From: Chiloscyllium plagiosum
Lineage: Eukaryota
NCBI RefSeq assembly: GCF_004010195.1
Contig: NC_057754.1
Location: 6,688,127 to 6,752,126, forward strand
Direction: 5' to 3'
Length of the DNA stretch: 64,000 bases
The notes beneath the pieces are model-generated. The model saw nothing but the letters and a program-made list of their open reading frames with translations, was not told where the DNA came from and did no database searches. The translations under genes were made by a program, and so were the position numbers. Positions 12,561-23,450 of the stretch are shown here, in pieces (positions within the stretch are counted from its first letter, which is position 1; every line of letters starts with the position of its first letter).

Positions 12561-13524
12561 CTGGAATCAGAGGGGTTTCCCACAAGTCTCGAGGTAGGCC
12601 AGCTGTGAGAGAACAGACAACGTCCTTACTCTGGGCTGGTTTGACTGGGACCTGGAAAAAGCTGAGCCAGTGTATACAGTGCATACCCCTATCGGGCCAC
12701 AGATCCACTTTTGCAGAGGGATATCTGGGCACCACAAGTTGCTGTTGACCCTCACAACGGGGAGCTCTGTCAAAACCGTGGCAAAATTTAGAGCAGGAGG
12801 AGGCCATTCAGCCTGGCAAGCCTTGCTGCGCTGTTCAGTGAGATCTGACTGTGGCCTCAAGAGCATTATCCTGACTCCCTCACCCCCCCCGCCCTCGGTC
12901 GCTCTNNNNNNNNNNNNNNNNNNNNNNNNNNNNNNNNNNNNNNNNNNNNNNNNNNNNNNNNNNNNNNNNNNNNNNNNNNNNNNNNNNNNNNNNNNNNNNN
13001 NNNNNNNNNNNNNNNNNNNNNNNNNNNNNNNNNNNNNNNNNNNNNNNNNNNNNNNNNNNNNNNNNNNNNNNNNNNNNNNNNNNNNNNNNNNNNNNNNNNN
13101 NNNNNNNNNNNNNNNNNNNNNNNNNNNNNNNNNNNNNNNNNNNNNNNNNNNNNNNNNNNNNNNNNNNNNNNNNNNNNNNNNNNNNNNNNNNNNNNNNNNN
13201 NNNNNNNNNNNNNNNNNNNNNNNNNNNNNNNNNNNNNNNNNNNNNNNNNNNNNNNNNNNNNNNNNNNNNNNNNNNNNNNNNNNNNNNNNNNNNNNNNNNN
13301 NNNNNNNNNNNNNNNNNNNNNNNNNNNNNNNNNNNNNNNNNNNNNNNNNNNNNNNNNNNNNNNNNNNNNNNNNNNNNNNNNNNNNNNNNNNNNNNNNNNN
13401 NNNNNCAGAACCCTGGACACTCCTGGTTATATCAGTCAGCCAAGGCTCCCTGATTGGACCAGGGTAACAGCCCCAATCGGGGAACCCCTACTCTATGAGA
13501 TCCACCAGACCAGCCCCACCCACA

Positions 13525-14192
13525 AGTGGAGCTGAAAATGTGTTGCTGGAAAAGCGCAGCAGGTCAGGCAGCATCCAAGGAGCAGGAGAATCGACGTTTC
13601 GGGCATGAGCCCTTCTTCAGGAATGAGGAAAGTGTGTCCAGCAGGCTAAGATAAAAGGTAGGGAGGAGGGACTTGGGGGAGGGGCGTTGGAAATGTGATA
13701 GGTGGAAGGAGGTCAAGGTGAGGGTGATAGGCCGGAGTCGGGGTGGGGCCGGAGAGGGCAGGAAGAAGATTGCAGGCTAGAAAGGCGGTGCTGAGTTCGA
13801 GGGATTTGACTGAGACAAGGTGGGGGGAGGGGAAATGAGGAAACGGGAGAAATCTGAGTTCATCCCTTGTGGTTGGAGGGTTCCTAGGCGGAAGATGAGG
13901 CGCTCTTCCTCCAACCATCGTGTTGCTATGGTCTGGCTATAGAGGAGTCCAATGACCTGCATGTCCTTGGTGGAGTGGGAGGGGGAGTTGAAGTGTTGAG
14001 CCACGGGGTGGTTGGGTTGGTTGGTCCGGGTGTCCCAGAGGTGTTCTCTGAAACGTTCCGCAAGTAAGCGGCCTGTATCCCCAATATAGAGGAGGCCATA
14101 TCGGGTGCAGCGGATGCAATAAATGATGTGTGTGGAGGTGCAGGTGAATTTGTGGCGGGTATGGAAGGATCCCTTGGGGCCTTGGAGAGAAG
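13525..14192 (-). mobile_element. Penelope-like retroelement 3' part: GIY-YIG endonuclease domain and terminal repeat
   Basis: FTCTSTHIIYCIRCTRYGLLYIGDTGRLLAERFREH...VAQHFN...RLIFRLGTLQPQGMN. Confidence 0.92.
13589..13624 (-). ncRNA. Minimal type-I hammerhead ribozyme motif (Penelope-associated)
   Basis: ATTC-CTGAAGA-A-GGGC(TCAT)GCCC-GAAA-CGTC-GATT: intact core, helix II, palindromic ACGT helix III. Confidence 0.8.
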
Positions 14193-14214
14193 TACCCACA
14201 CCTCCCCCCTTACT

Positions 14215-14672
14215 TGCAGGTTAGGGTGGATTGGCCGTTGTAAATTGTCCCATAGTGTCCAGGGATGTGCAGGTTAGGGTGGATTGGCCGTGCTAAAATG
14301 TCCCATAGTGCCCAGGGATGTGCAGGTTAGGGTGGATTGGCCGTGCTAAATTGTCTCATAGTGTCCAGGGATGTGCAGGTTAGGGTGGACTGGCCGTGCT
14401 AAATTGTCCCATAGTGCCCAGGGACATGTAGGTTAGGGTGGATTGGCCGTTGTAAATTGTCCCATAGTGCCCAGGGACGTGTAGGTTAGGGTGGATTGGC
14501 CGTTGTAAATTGTCCCATAGAGTCCAGGGATGTGCAGGTTAGGGTGGAATGGCCGTGCTAAATTGTCCCGTAGTGTTAGGTGCATTAGTCAGAGGGAAAT
14601 AGGTCTGGTGTGTTACTCTTCGGAGGGTCAGTGTGGACTTGTTGGGCTGTATGGCCTGTTTCCACACTGTCG
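14215..14672 (+). mobile_element. 5'-truncated HE1/V-SINE: about 7 x 53-bp units plus tail
   Basis: Tandem units followed by GGCCTGTTTCCACACTGT tail. Confidence 0.85.
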
Positions 14673-14738
14673 GGTATCTCACCTAATCACAGTCAAGAAG
14701 GCGCACACCTGTACTTGCTCAGGAAGCTAAGGAAATTC

Positions 14739-14962
14739 AGTTAAGAAAACCATATAATGCCGGGTTATAGTCCGACAGGTTTATTTGGAAGCACTAGCCT
14801 TTGGAACGCTGCTCCTTCATCAGATGGTTCTCCACAACCACCCGATGAAGGAGCAGCGCTCCGAAAGATAATGCCTCCAAATAAACCGGGTGGACTATAA
14901 CCTGGCGTTGTGTGATTTTTAACTTTGTCCACCCCCAGTCCAACCCCAGCATCTCCAACTCA
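14739..14962. mobile_element. Inverted-repeat element with two degenerate hammerhead motifs (Penelope-type terminal repeats)
   Basis: Arms GGTTATAGTCC..GGTTTATTTGGA..GCTGCTCCTTCATC / GATGAAGGAGCAGC..TCCAAATAAACC..GGACTATAACC. Confidence 0.7.
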
Positions 14963-15041
14963 TCAGGAAATTCAGCACGTCCCCAGGGACTCTTACCCAG
15001 TTTCATTGATGCAGTTAAGGAAGCATCCTCAAACCGATTGC

Positions 15042-15172
15042 CTGATGAAGGGCTTTTGCCCGAAACGTCGATTCTCCTGCTCCTCGGATGCTGCCTGGCC
15101 CGCTGTGTTTTTCCAGCACCACACACTCTCTCTCGACTCTGGTCTCCAGCATCTGCAGACCTCAGTTTAACC
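15042..15172 (+). mobile_element. Solo Penelope terminal repeat starting with a hammerhead core
   Basis: CTGATGA-A-GGGC(TTTT)GCCC-GAAA-CGTC at 15042-15069; flanked by a 17-bp imperfect direct repeat. Confidence 0.8.
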
Positions 15173-15254
15173 TCCTCGAATCGATTGCCCTCACTTTCCA
15201 ATCTCGTCGGCAAGACATCCACCCTGTTGAGACTCCGTAATTTTAAAGATCTTT

Positions 15255-15700
15255 TACAGACGCACCATAGAAAGCATCCTATCCTGATGCATCACGGTAA
15301 CTGCTCTGCCCAGGACTGTGAGACACTCCAGGGAGCTGTGAACACAGCCCAGTCCCTCACACAAACCAACCTTCCATCCACCGACTCCATCTACACACCC
15401 CACTGCCTCAGGAAGACAGCCGACATCATCAGAGATCCCTCCCACCCCGGTTATAATCTCTCCCACCCTCTTCCCTCAGGCAGGAGGGACAAAAGCTCAA
15501 ACACACGGACCGACAGGTTCAAGAACAGCTTCTTCTCTGCTGTTACCAGACTCATGAATGGGTCTCTCAAATTGAAATCTGATGTTAATCTCTCTCTCTG
15601 TCCACCATCCCTGCAGCTGTAACATTGTTAGTATGATCTGCACACAGAACAAAACTTTTCACTGTCCCAGGTACACGTGACAATAGTCAATCAAATTGAA
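15255..15700 (+). mobile_element. Rex1/Babar-like LINE 3' fragment
   Basis: IIRDPSHPG...LPSGRR...RTDRFKNSFFSAVTRLMN C-terminal motif. Confidence 0.8.
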
Positions 15701-16727
15701 TCTCTGCAAATTCCAAGGTGAGGTCAATCAATCAGGGGAATTATCCCCCGGAATTCAGAAAGTGAGTGGCAGCTTTCTCGGTGCTAAAGGGGGTCAGGGG
15801 AAAGGGATCTGTTAGCCGGGGAGGGGACGAACTCGGCGATATGATAATTCAAGACAGGTAGGGAGTGATACTGAGGAATAGGTCTGCGTCCGAAGTCTAG
15901 GATAATGTTCGGAAAATGACAATGGATGCTTGACGGAGTGTTGACTGGGATAGATGGATGTTTTCTTTTGCTGAGCAAATCTCCTTTGGGATAGTATAGG
16001 TCAGAGACAGGCCGGGTGGCCTGTTACACCATTTGTCCAGCCACTCAGTAACTGGACAGGCTTGGGGAGGGGGTGAGGGAGCTGAATGATCTCCACTTCC
16101 CACGACGTTTGCGAGGGGAGAAACGCAGGAAACAGGAGCAGGCCATTCGATCTCTCGAGCCTGCTGCCCCATTCAATAGGACCCTCCGAATCAGTTGCCC
16201 TGTCGCCCACTTTCTCCCCAACCCCCGTCATCATTCGATTCCCGTCGAACTGCGTCCGACTCCTTGCGGAAAACGTTCGGCATCGCGGTTCCCACCCTCT
16301 CCGGGTGAGGACCCCTTCCCGTTTCCTGGGCCTGAGAACTTTCAGGAGCGGTGAGGGTGGGTGGGAGGGGGACGTGTGAACACTGGACGAGTTAGGTGGG
16401 TGGGAGAGTGAGCTCAGAATCGGCATGTGTGATCGTCGCTAAAGTGTAAGGCGGCCCAAGGTCGCGCATCTAACCCAGAAACCACACATTTGTGTTCAGG
16501 AAGGGATAGGAGGAGATGAACTGAGTTCCGAATGAGGGCTGAAAGGCCTCCTCCTGGCCTTATCGTCTGGCAGGAAAACCCAGAATGGCCTCTAGGAGGC
16601 AAGATTCCCAGCGTTGTTCCGGGAAGGGAAAATCCTGGAATGGAGCTGTAGTACGCCTGATCTGAGCGTGTCTGTGCATTGCTGAGCAACTGTCAGTGTC
16701 CCTGTTGAATTTTGGATGAAATCTGAA

Positions 16728-17555
16728 GTCCCCTTTCCCAGCACTTGACCCATATCCCTCTAAACCCTTCCGATTCATGTCCCCATCCCATACACATACC
16801 ACCCTCTGCGTGAAAAAGTTGCCCCTCAGGTCCATTTTATATCTTTCCCCTCTCACCCTAAACCTAAGCCTTCTAGTTCTTGACTCCCCCACCCCAGGGA
16901 AAAGATCTCTGTTTACCCTGTCCATGACCCTCATGATTTTATAAACCTCTAGAAGGTCCCCCCTCAGCCTCCAACGCTCCAAGGAAAACAGCCCCAGCCT
17001 ATTCAGCCTCTCTCTGGAGCTCAAACGCTCCAACTTTGGAAACATCTTTGTAAATCTTTTCTGAACCCTTTCAAGTTTGGGCGGCACGGTGGCACAGTGG
17101 TTAGCACTGCTGCCTCACAGCGCCTGAGACCCGGGTTCAATTCCCGCCTCAGGCGACTGACTGTGTGGAGTTTGCACGTTCTCCCCGTGTCTGCGTGGGT
17201 TTCCTCCGGGTGCTCTGGTTTCCACCCACAGTCCAAAAGATGTGCAGGGTCAGGTGAATTGGCCATGCTAAATTGCCCGTAGTGTTAGGTAAGGGGTAAA
17301 TGTATGGGTGGGTTTCGCTTCGGCGGGTCGGTGTGGACTTGTTGGGCCGAAGGGCCTGTTTCTACACTGTCATGTAATCTAATCTAAAAAAACATCTTTC
17401 TGATAGGAAGGAGACCAGAATTGCACGCAATATTCCAACAGTGGCCTAACCAATGTCCTGTGCAGTCGCAAACGTGACCTCCCAATTCCTGTACTCAATA
17501 CTCTGACCAATAAAGACAAGCATACCAAACGCCTTCTTCACTATCCTACCCACCT
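16728..17555 (-). mobile_element. CR1 LINE fragment split by a young SINE
   Basis: KLERVQKRFTKM...LRGDLLEVYKIM...RGNFFTQRVV; CR1 resumes after 17390. Confidence 0.9.
17079..17388 (+). mobile_element. Full-length young HE1/V-SINE, single internal unit, (AATCT)n tail
   Basis: A-box TGGCACAGTGG, B-box GGTTCAATTCC, V-domain, tail GTAATCTAATCTA. Confidence 0.92.
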
Positions 17556-17974
17556 GTTCCAAATCTGTGTCAAATCTCCCATGCTTACCTTAAAACTGTG
17601 CTCCCTCTACGCTGCCCCTGGTTACTGGAGGGAGGTGTTCCAACGTCCCTCCCAATCCTCCATCTATGCCCCTCAGGTTCAGAGGTGCGGTTTTATACAG
17701 CACTGGGACGAAGCAGCCCGTGTTCTGAACTGCAATGACATAACACCTGAGAGGGAGGCACAGCAAGTGCCGTTTGGCACTGAAGTTCCACTCATCAGCG
17801 TTCAAGCGAGGCTGGTTGTACAGCGAGGGATGTTGTAAAAGAGGAGGAAGGGAGAGAGACACAGAGAGAAGGTGGAACAGAAAGTGGGAGAGAGGGTGAG
17901 GTTTAGGCAGTTGGGAAGGGACGCGATTTTGGATAAGTTTTGTTGGATCGGGTTGTAAGGTTGCTTGCTGAGCT

Positions 17975-18400
17975 GGTGTGTTAGGTGGATTGACCATGCT
18001 AAATTACTAATAGTGCCCAGGGATGTGCAGTTTTGGATGGATTGGATCTGCTAAATTGACCCATAGTGCCCAGGGTTTTGCAGGTTAGAGTGGATTGGCC
18101 GTGCCAAATTACCCATAGTGCCTAGGGATGTGTAGGTTAGGGCAGATTGGCCATGCTCAATTGTCCCATAGTGCCCAGGGATGTGCAGGTTAGGGTGGAT
18201 TGGCCGTGCCAAATTGTCCCATAGTGCCCTGGGATGTGAAGGTTAGGGTGGATTGGCCGTGCTAAATTGTCCCATAGTGCCCAGGGATGTGCAGGGTAGG
18301 GTGGATTAGATGTGGGAAATGATAGGGTCTGAATGGGATGCCCTTCAGAGGGGCGGTGTGGGCTGAATGGGCTGCTTCCACACTGTCGGGATTCTTTGAT
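17975..18400 (+). mobile_element. SINE 53-bp array (about 6 diverged units) plus tail
   Basis: Direct reading of units. Confidence 0.85.
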
Positions 18401-18909
18401 TCACGGGATGAGGGCTGGGCCCAGCATTTATTGCCAATAGTGGCCGTCAAGTATCAGCCCCATCGCTGTGGGGTCTGGAGCAGGACCATGGCGGCATTCT
18501 CTGGGTGGGGGATGTGCTGAGAACCATCAATCCGGATCCCAGTTGGAGTGAGCCAGGTCAGCTCTATAAAGGACTTTTTAAAACAGTCTCGTTTATCAGC
18601 GAGTCAAGGAGACAGACGATTATTTATCAATCCTCTGGGATGCTCGCGATCAATAAAAAGGCTGTGTTTTTCCAGTAAATAAAACCACTCTTTCTTCCTT
18701 GCTTCCCCACCTCCCCCTTCCCCCAGCCCCTCAACTCCGAATCGTTTCAAGGGAGGTTTCTTTGCCGGAACAGGGCGGTGGGTGGAATGTACGAGACCGC
18801 AGCCAGATGCAGTCACGGAGGCAAAGGGGCGAATGGCCTCCTCCAGTCCACAGGACAGACATGTGTACCCCTTCTGGGAATGTCCAAGCCTCGGCTCCTT
18901 GTGATACCA

Positions 18910-19365
18910 GGACATTGCCAGGGTTGGAGGGTTTGAGCTACAGGGAGAGGCTGAATAGGCTGGGGCTGTTTCCCTTGGACCGTCGGAGGCTGAGGGGTGA
19001 CCTTGTTGAGGTTTATAAAATCATGAGGGGGCATGGATAGGGGAAATAGACAAGGCCTTTTCCCTGGGGTGGGGGAGTCCAGAACTGGAGGGGCATAAGT
19101 TTAGGGTGAGAGGGGAAAGATTTAAAAGGGACCTAAGGGGCAACTTTTTCACACAGAGGGTGGTGCGTGTGTGGAATGAGCTGCCAGAGGAAATGGTGGA
19201 GGCTGGTATAATGACAACATTTAAAAGGCATCTGGATGGGGACATGGATAGGAAGGCTTTAGAGGGATATGGGCCAAGTGCTGGCAAATAGGATGAGATT
19301 TGGTTAGGATATCTGGTCGGTATGAACAAAGGGTCTGTTTCTATGCTGTACATCTCTATATCTCC
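18910..19365 (+). mobile_element. CR1 LINE 3' fragment
   Basis: LPGLEGLSYRERLNRLGLF; RGNFFTQRVVRVWNELPEE. Confidence 0.92.
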
Positions 19366-19516
19366 ATTAGGGCAAATCCTTCCATCCAGGGAGTCTTGTC
19401 TCTCCGGAGCAAACTGCCTAAGAAGCTCATCAAAGACAGGAGCCCTCAAGATATTGTACGGATTGTTAGGATGAACGTTCAAAGCATCACAATGTGTCAG
19501 GCTGTGAGCCAGGCGC

Positions 19517-19631
19517 TGGAAATGGGATTAGAAACAAGGGGGAAATGGGATTAGGTTTGAGGGGGAAAGGGAACTAGAATCGAGGGAGAAATGGGATTAG
19601 AATTGAGGGGGGAAATTGGAATAGAATCGAC
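19517..19631 (+). repeat. About 23-bp purine-rich tandem repeat, about 5 copies
   Basis: GGGGGAAATGGGATTAGAATCGA-like units. Confidence 0.75.
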
Positions 19632-20034
19632 GGTCAAAGACACGATGAGCCAAAGAGTCTCTCTCGATGCTGTTAAGAGAACTCTCGGGCTTTCAGAGCT
19701 GGTACCTTCAGAAAAGGGAGGAAACGATTCTTGACGCTCAACTCTACAGCTCTCACAAGCTGAGCAGAAAACAAGAAGCAAAGGAAAATAAATCAGTTGC
19801 ATTGTAGATCTGAACACATCAATAAAGAAATGCTAAGTTATTTGGAAACGGAATTGCAGAGCGCTTTCTGTCGATGCCCAGTTTGAGTGGCAGGTCGAAA
19901 TTTGAAGAGGCAGCTGGGTAACGGTTAGCCTAAGCCAAGCGAGTGTCACACAATGAACCAAATAAAATCATTCCTTGTCTGGCAAGAGCAAAGGATCAGA
20001 GGAACCTTGGTGTGCATTTTCACAGCTCCCTGAA

Positions 20035-20465
20035 GGAGCTGTCCGTCCGTGTGTTTGAGCTTTTGACCCTCCTGCCTGAGGGAAGAGGATGGGAGAGATT
20101 ATAACCGGGGTAGGAGGGGTCTTTGATGTTGTCGGCTGCCTTCCCGAGGCAGTGGGAAGTGTAGATGGAGTCAGTGGATGGAAGGTTGGGTTTGTGTGAG
20201 GAACTGGGCTGTGTTCACAGCTCCCTGGAGTTTCTCACGGTCCTGGGCAGAGCAGTTGCCGTGATGCATCCAGATAGGATGCTGTCGATGGTGTATTTGT
20301 AAACTTTGATGAGGGTCCTTATGGGCATGCCGAATTTCCTTAGCCTCCTGAGGAAGGAGAGGCGTTGTTGCGTTTTCTTGACCGTCGCATCGACGTGAGT
20401 GGACGAGGACTGATTGTCACTCCCAGGAACCTGACCCTCTTGACCTGCTCCACCTCAGCTCCGTC
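20035..20465 (-). mobile_element. Rex1/Babar-like LINE fragment
   Basis: Reverse complement homologous to 15255-15530; VEQVKRVRFLGVTIS. Confidence 0.8.
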
Positions 20466-21279
20466 TTGGAAACCCAAAGAGCACGTGTGGTCCGACCCGA
20501 AACCTGCGTTGACGTTGCACCTCAGCCATGCAACGAATGCCCTGTCATCTTCGGGGGAGCTTGACGCAGCCGAAGGTGTGGGGCCAAGAGCTGACATTTG
20601 TACTTGGAGACAGAAATAAATGGCGACAGTTGGCCCAGATTCTCACGAGGTCAGACAGCTGCCTTGACGATACCATTAATGGATGAAATGTTTGTACTGC
20701 TGGGCTGACAGCAGGCCGTGTGACGCAACATGTGGTTTTGCTCTTGACTTGGCGTTGAGGAGGTTATTTGAGAGAGGGTGATTTGGGAACAATGTTGAAT
20801 AATTGGTGCTTGGATGCATGGCTGGTGAGTCTAGAATGAGGGAGGGGTGATGGGCTAACCTTGTGCCCACTGTAACGTTCACCATGTGCTGAACCCTAAG
20901 ATGACTGGATGACGGGAGGTGGGCCATTGGATAGACACGTCCGGAGGTGGCCTGAGGCAAGGGATTGAGGGATTCGACAGCCAATAAGATAGGGAGAGAG
21001 AGAAGGCAGGGAGGCAAAGCAACGGTGGATGGAGCCAATCCCATTGTGAGCAGCTATCATCTGGAGGACTGAGTAAAGCATTGGTCTCCTTCAGAACGAA
21101 TGCATTGGAGGCAGTTCAGTGAACGTCGACGGGAGTCATCGTAGAATGGGGCTGAGTTGTGGTCTGAGGTAAGGCCTGATAAACTTGGGTTGTGTCACTG
21201 GGAGTTCAGAGGAGTGAGAGGTGACTTAATTGAAACAGATAAGGAGCTGATGGGGTTTTGCTTAGCTGGATGTGGACAG

Positions 21280-21490
21280 TAAAGAACAGTATCCAAGACT
21301 ACAACAGGCTCTCGATCAGATGGGCCCCTGGGCTGAGGAGTGGCAGATGGAGTTTAATTTGGATAAATGTGAGGTGCTGCATTTTGTTAAGGGCAGGACT
21401 TATACAGTTAGTGGTAGGGCCCTGGGGATTGTTGTCGAACAGAGACCAAGGGGTGCAGGTACATCATTCCTTGAAAGCGGAGTCGCAGGC
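21280..21490 (+). mobile_element. CR1 RT fragment
   Basis: LQQALDQMGPWAEEWQMEFNLDKCEVLHF. Confidence 0.85.
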
Positions 21491-21499
21491 AGACATGTG

Positions 21500-22272
21500 T
21501 TTGGTCCCACCCTAAGGCAACTGTCCACGTGGAGTGTGCACGTTCTCCCCAGTGTCTGTGTGGTGTTTCCTCCAGGTGCTCTGGTTTCTTCCCACAGTCC
21601 AAAGATGTGCAGATTAGGGTGGATAGGCCATGCTAAAGTGTCCCATAGTGTCCAGAGATGTGCAGGTTAGGGTGGATTGGCCATGCTAAATTGTCCCACA
21701 GTGCCCAGGGATTTTACAGATTACTTACAGTGTGGAAACAGGCCCTTCGGCCCAACAAGTCCACACCGACCCTCCGAAGCGCACCCACCCATACCCATTC
21801 CCCTACATTTACCCCTGCACCTAACACTATGGGCAATTTAGCATGGCCAATTCACCTAACCTGCACATTTTTGGACTGTGGGAGGAAACCGGAGCACCCG
21901 GAGGAAACCCACGCTGACACGGGGAGAATGTGCAAACTCCACACTGACAGTCGCTTGAGGCGGGAATTGAACCCTGGTCTCTGGCGCTGTGAGGCAGCAG
22001 TGCTAACCACTGTGCCACCGTGCCGCCTGTGCAGGTTAGGGTGGTTTGGCCGTGCTAAATTGTCCCATAGTGCCCAGGGATGTGCAGGCTAGGGTGGATT
22101 AGCCATGCTAAATTGTCCCATAGTGCCCAGGGATGTGCAGGTTAGGGTGGATTGGCAATGGGAAATGCAAGGTTACAGGGCTGTGGTGGATCTGGGTGGA
22201 ACGCTCTTCAGAGTGTCAGTGTGCACCTTATGGGCCGAATACCCTGCTTCCACACTGTAGGGATTCTATGAA
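21500..22272 (+). mobile_element. HE1/V-SINE with 53-bp array, interrupted by an antisense SINE
   Basis: V-domain and units on both sides of 21711-22027. Confidence 0.85.
21711..22027 (-). mobile_element. Full-length young HE1/V-SINE nested in an older SINE array
   Basis: Reverse complement closely matches 17079-17388. Confidence 0.92.
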
Positions 22273-22369
22273 TTTTTTACTCACAGGGAACATGGGACTT
22301 TGGAATGGCCTTCCTGAAAGGACACTGAAATACTTTGAAGGCAGATGTAGATAGATACTTGATAAACGA

Positions 22370-23450
22370 GGTCATAGAGTCTTACAGCATGGAAACAGTG
22401 CGTGCTGACCATAATCCCCAAACTAAACTAGTCCCACCTGCCTGCTCCTGGCCCATCTCCCTCCAAACTCTTTCCTATTCATGTCCTTATTCAAATGTTG
22501 TTACTGTCCCCACATCCACCACTTCCTCAGGAAGCTCATTCCACACGCAAACCACAAAATTTCTAACAAAATTTGCCCCTCGTGTCTTTTGTAATTCTCT
22601 CTCCTCTCACCTTAAAAATGTGCCCCCTGGTCTTGAAATGCCCCCCACCCTAGGGAAAAAGATACCCACCACCTATCACAAGGGGATGTAATTTTAAGGT
22701 GATTGGAGGAAGATTTAGGGGAGATTTCAGAGGTAGGTTCTTTACACAAAGAGTGGTGGGTGTGTGGAACGCACAGCCAGTGGTGGGTGTGTGGAACACA
22801 CGGCCAGCAGTGGGAGTAGAGTCAGGGATATTCAGGACATTTAAGCGACTCTTGGATTGGCACATGGATGATGAAGGGTATACAGGTTAGTTTGACCTTA
22901 GAGTAGGATAAAAGGTCGGCAGAACATTGAGGGCCGAAGGGCCTGCACTATGTTGTCGTGTACTTGTTTCTAAAATGGGGGAGTCATTGGAGATTGTACT
23001 AAGGGTTCTGAAAAGATTTACAAGGTTGTTGCCAGGGTTGGAGGATTTGAGCTTTGGGGAGAGGCTGAACAGGTTGGGGCTGTTTTCCCTGGAGCGTCGG
23101 AGGCTGAGGGGTGACCTTATTGAGATCTATAAAACCATGAGGAGCGTGGATAAGGTGAATAGAAATGGAGAGGATCGAGGTGAGAGCGGAAAGATTTAAA
23201 AGGGCCCTGAGGGGCAACTTTTTCACACAGAGGGTGGTGCGTGTATGGAATGAGCTGCCAGAGGAAGTGATCGAGGCTGGTACAATGACAACATTTAAAA
23301 GGCATCTGGATGGGTATATGAATAGGAAGGGTTTAGAGGGATATGGGCCAACTGCTGGCAAATGGGACTAGATTGTGATGGGATATCTGGTCGGCATGGA
23401 TGGGATGGCCTGAAGGATCTGTTCCTGTGCTGTCCATCTCTATGACTATG
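22370..23450. mobile_element. Cluster of three CR1 3' fragments (- 22370-22670, + 22670-22960, + 23000-23450)
   Basis: RGRFFTQRVVGVWN; RLGLFSLERRRLRGDLIEIYK; TFKRHLDGYMNRKG. Confidence 0.88.

Noticed and set aside
12550..12866. Minus-strand 85/99-aa ORFs
   Set aside because: No recognisable domain; runs into satellite
17079..17150. tRNA gene
   Set aside because: A/B boxes belong to a SINE head continuing into the V-domain; no complete cloverleaf
17773..17792. TTTGGCACT miR-96-like seed
   Set aside because: Remainder does not match the mature miRNA and no precursor hairpin is evident
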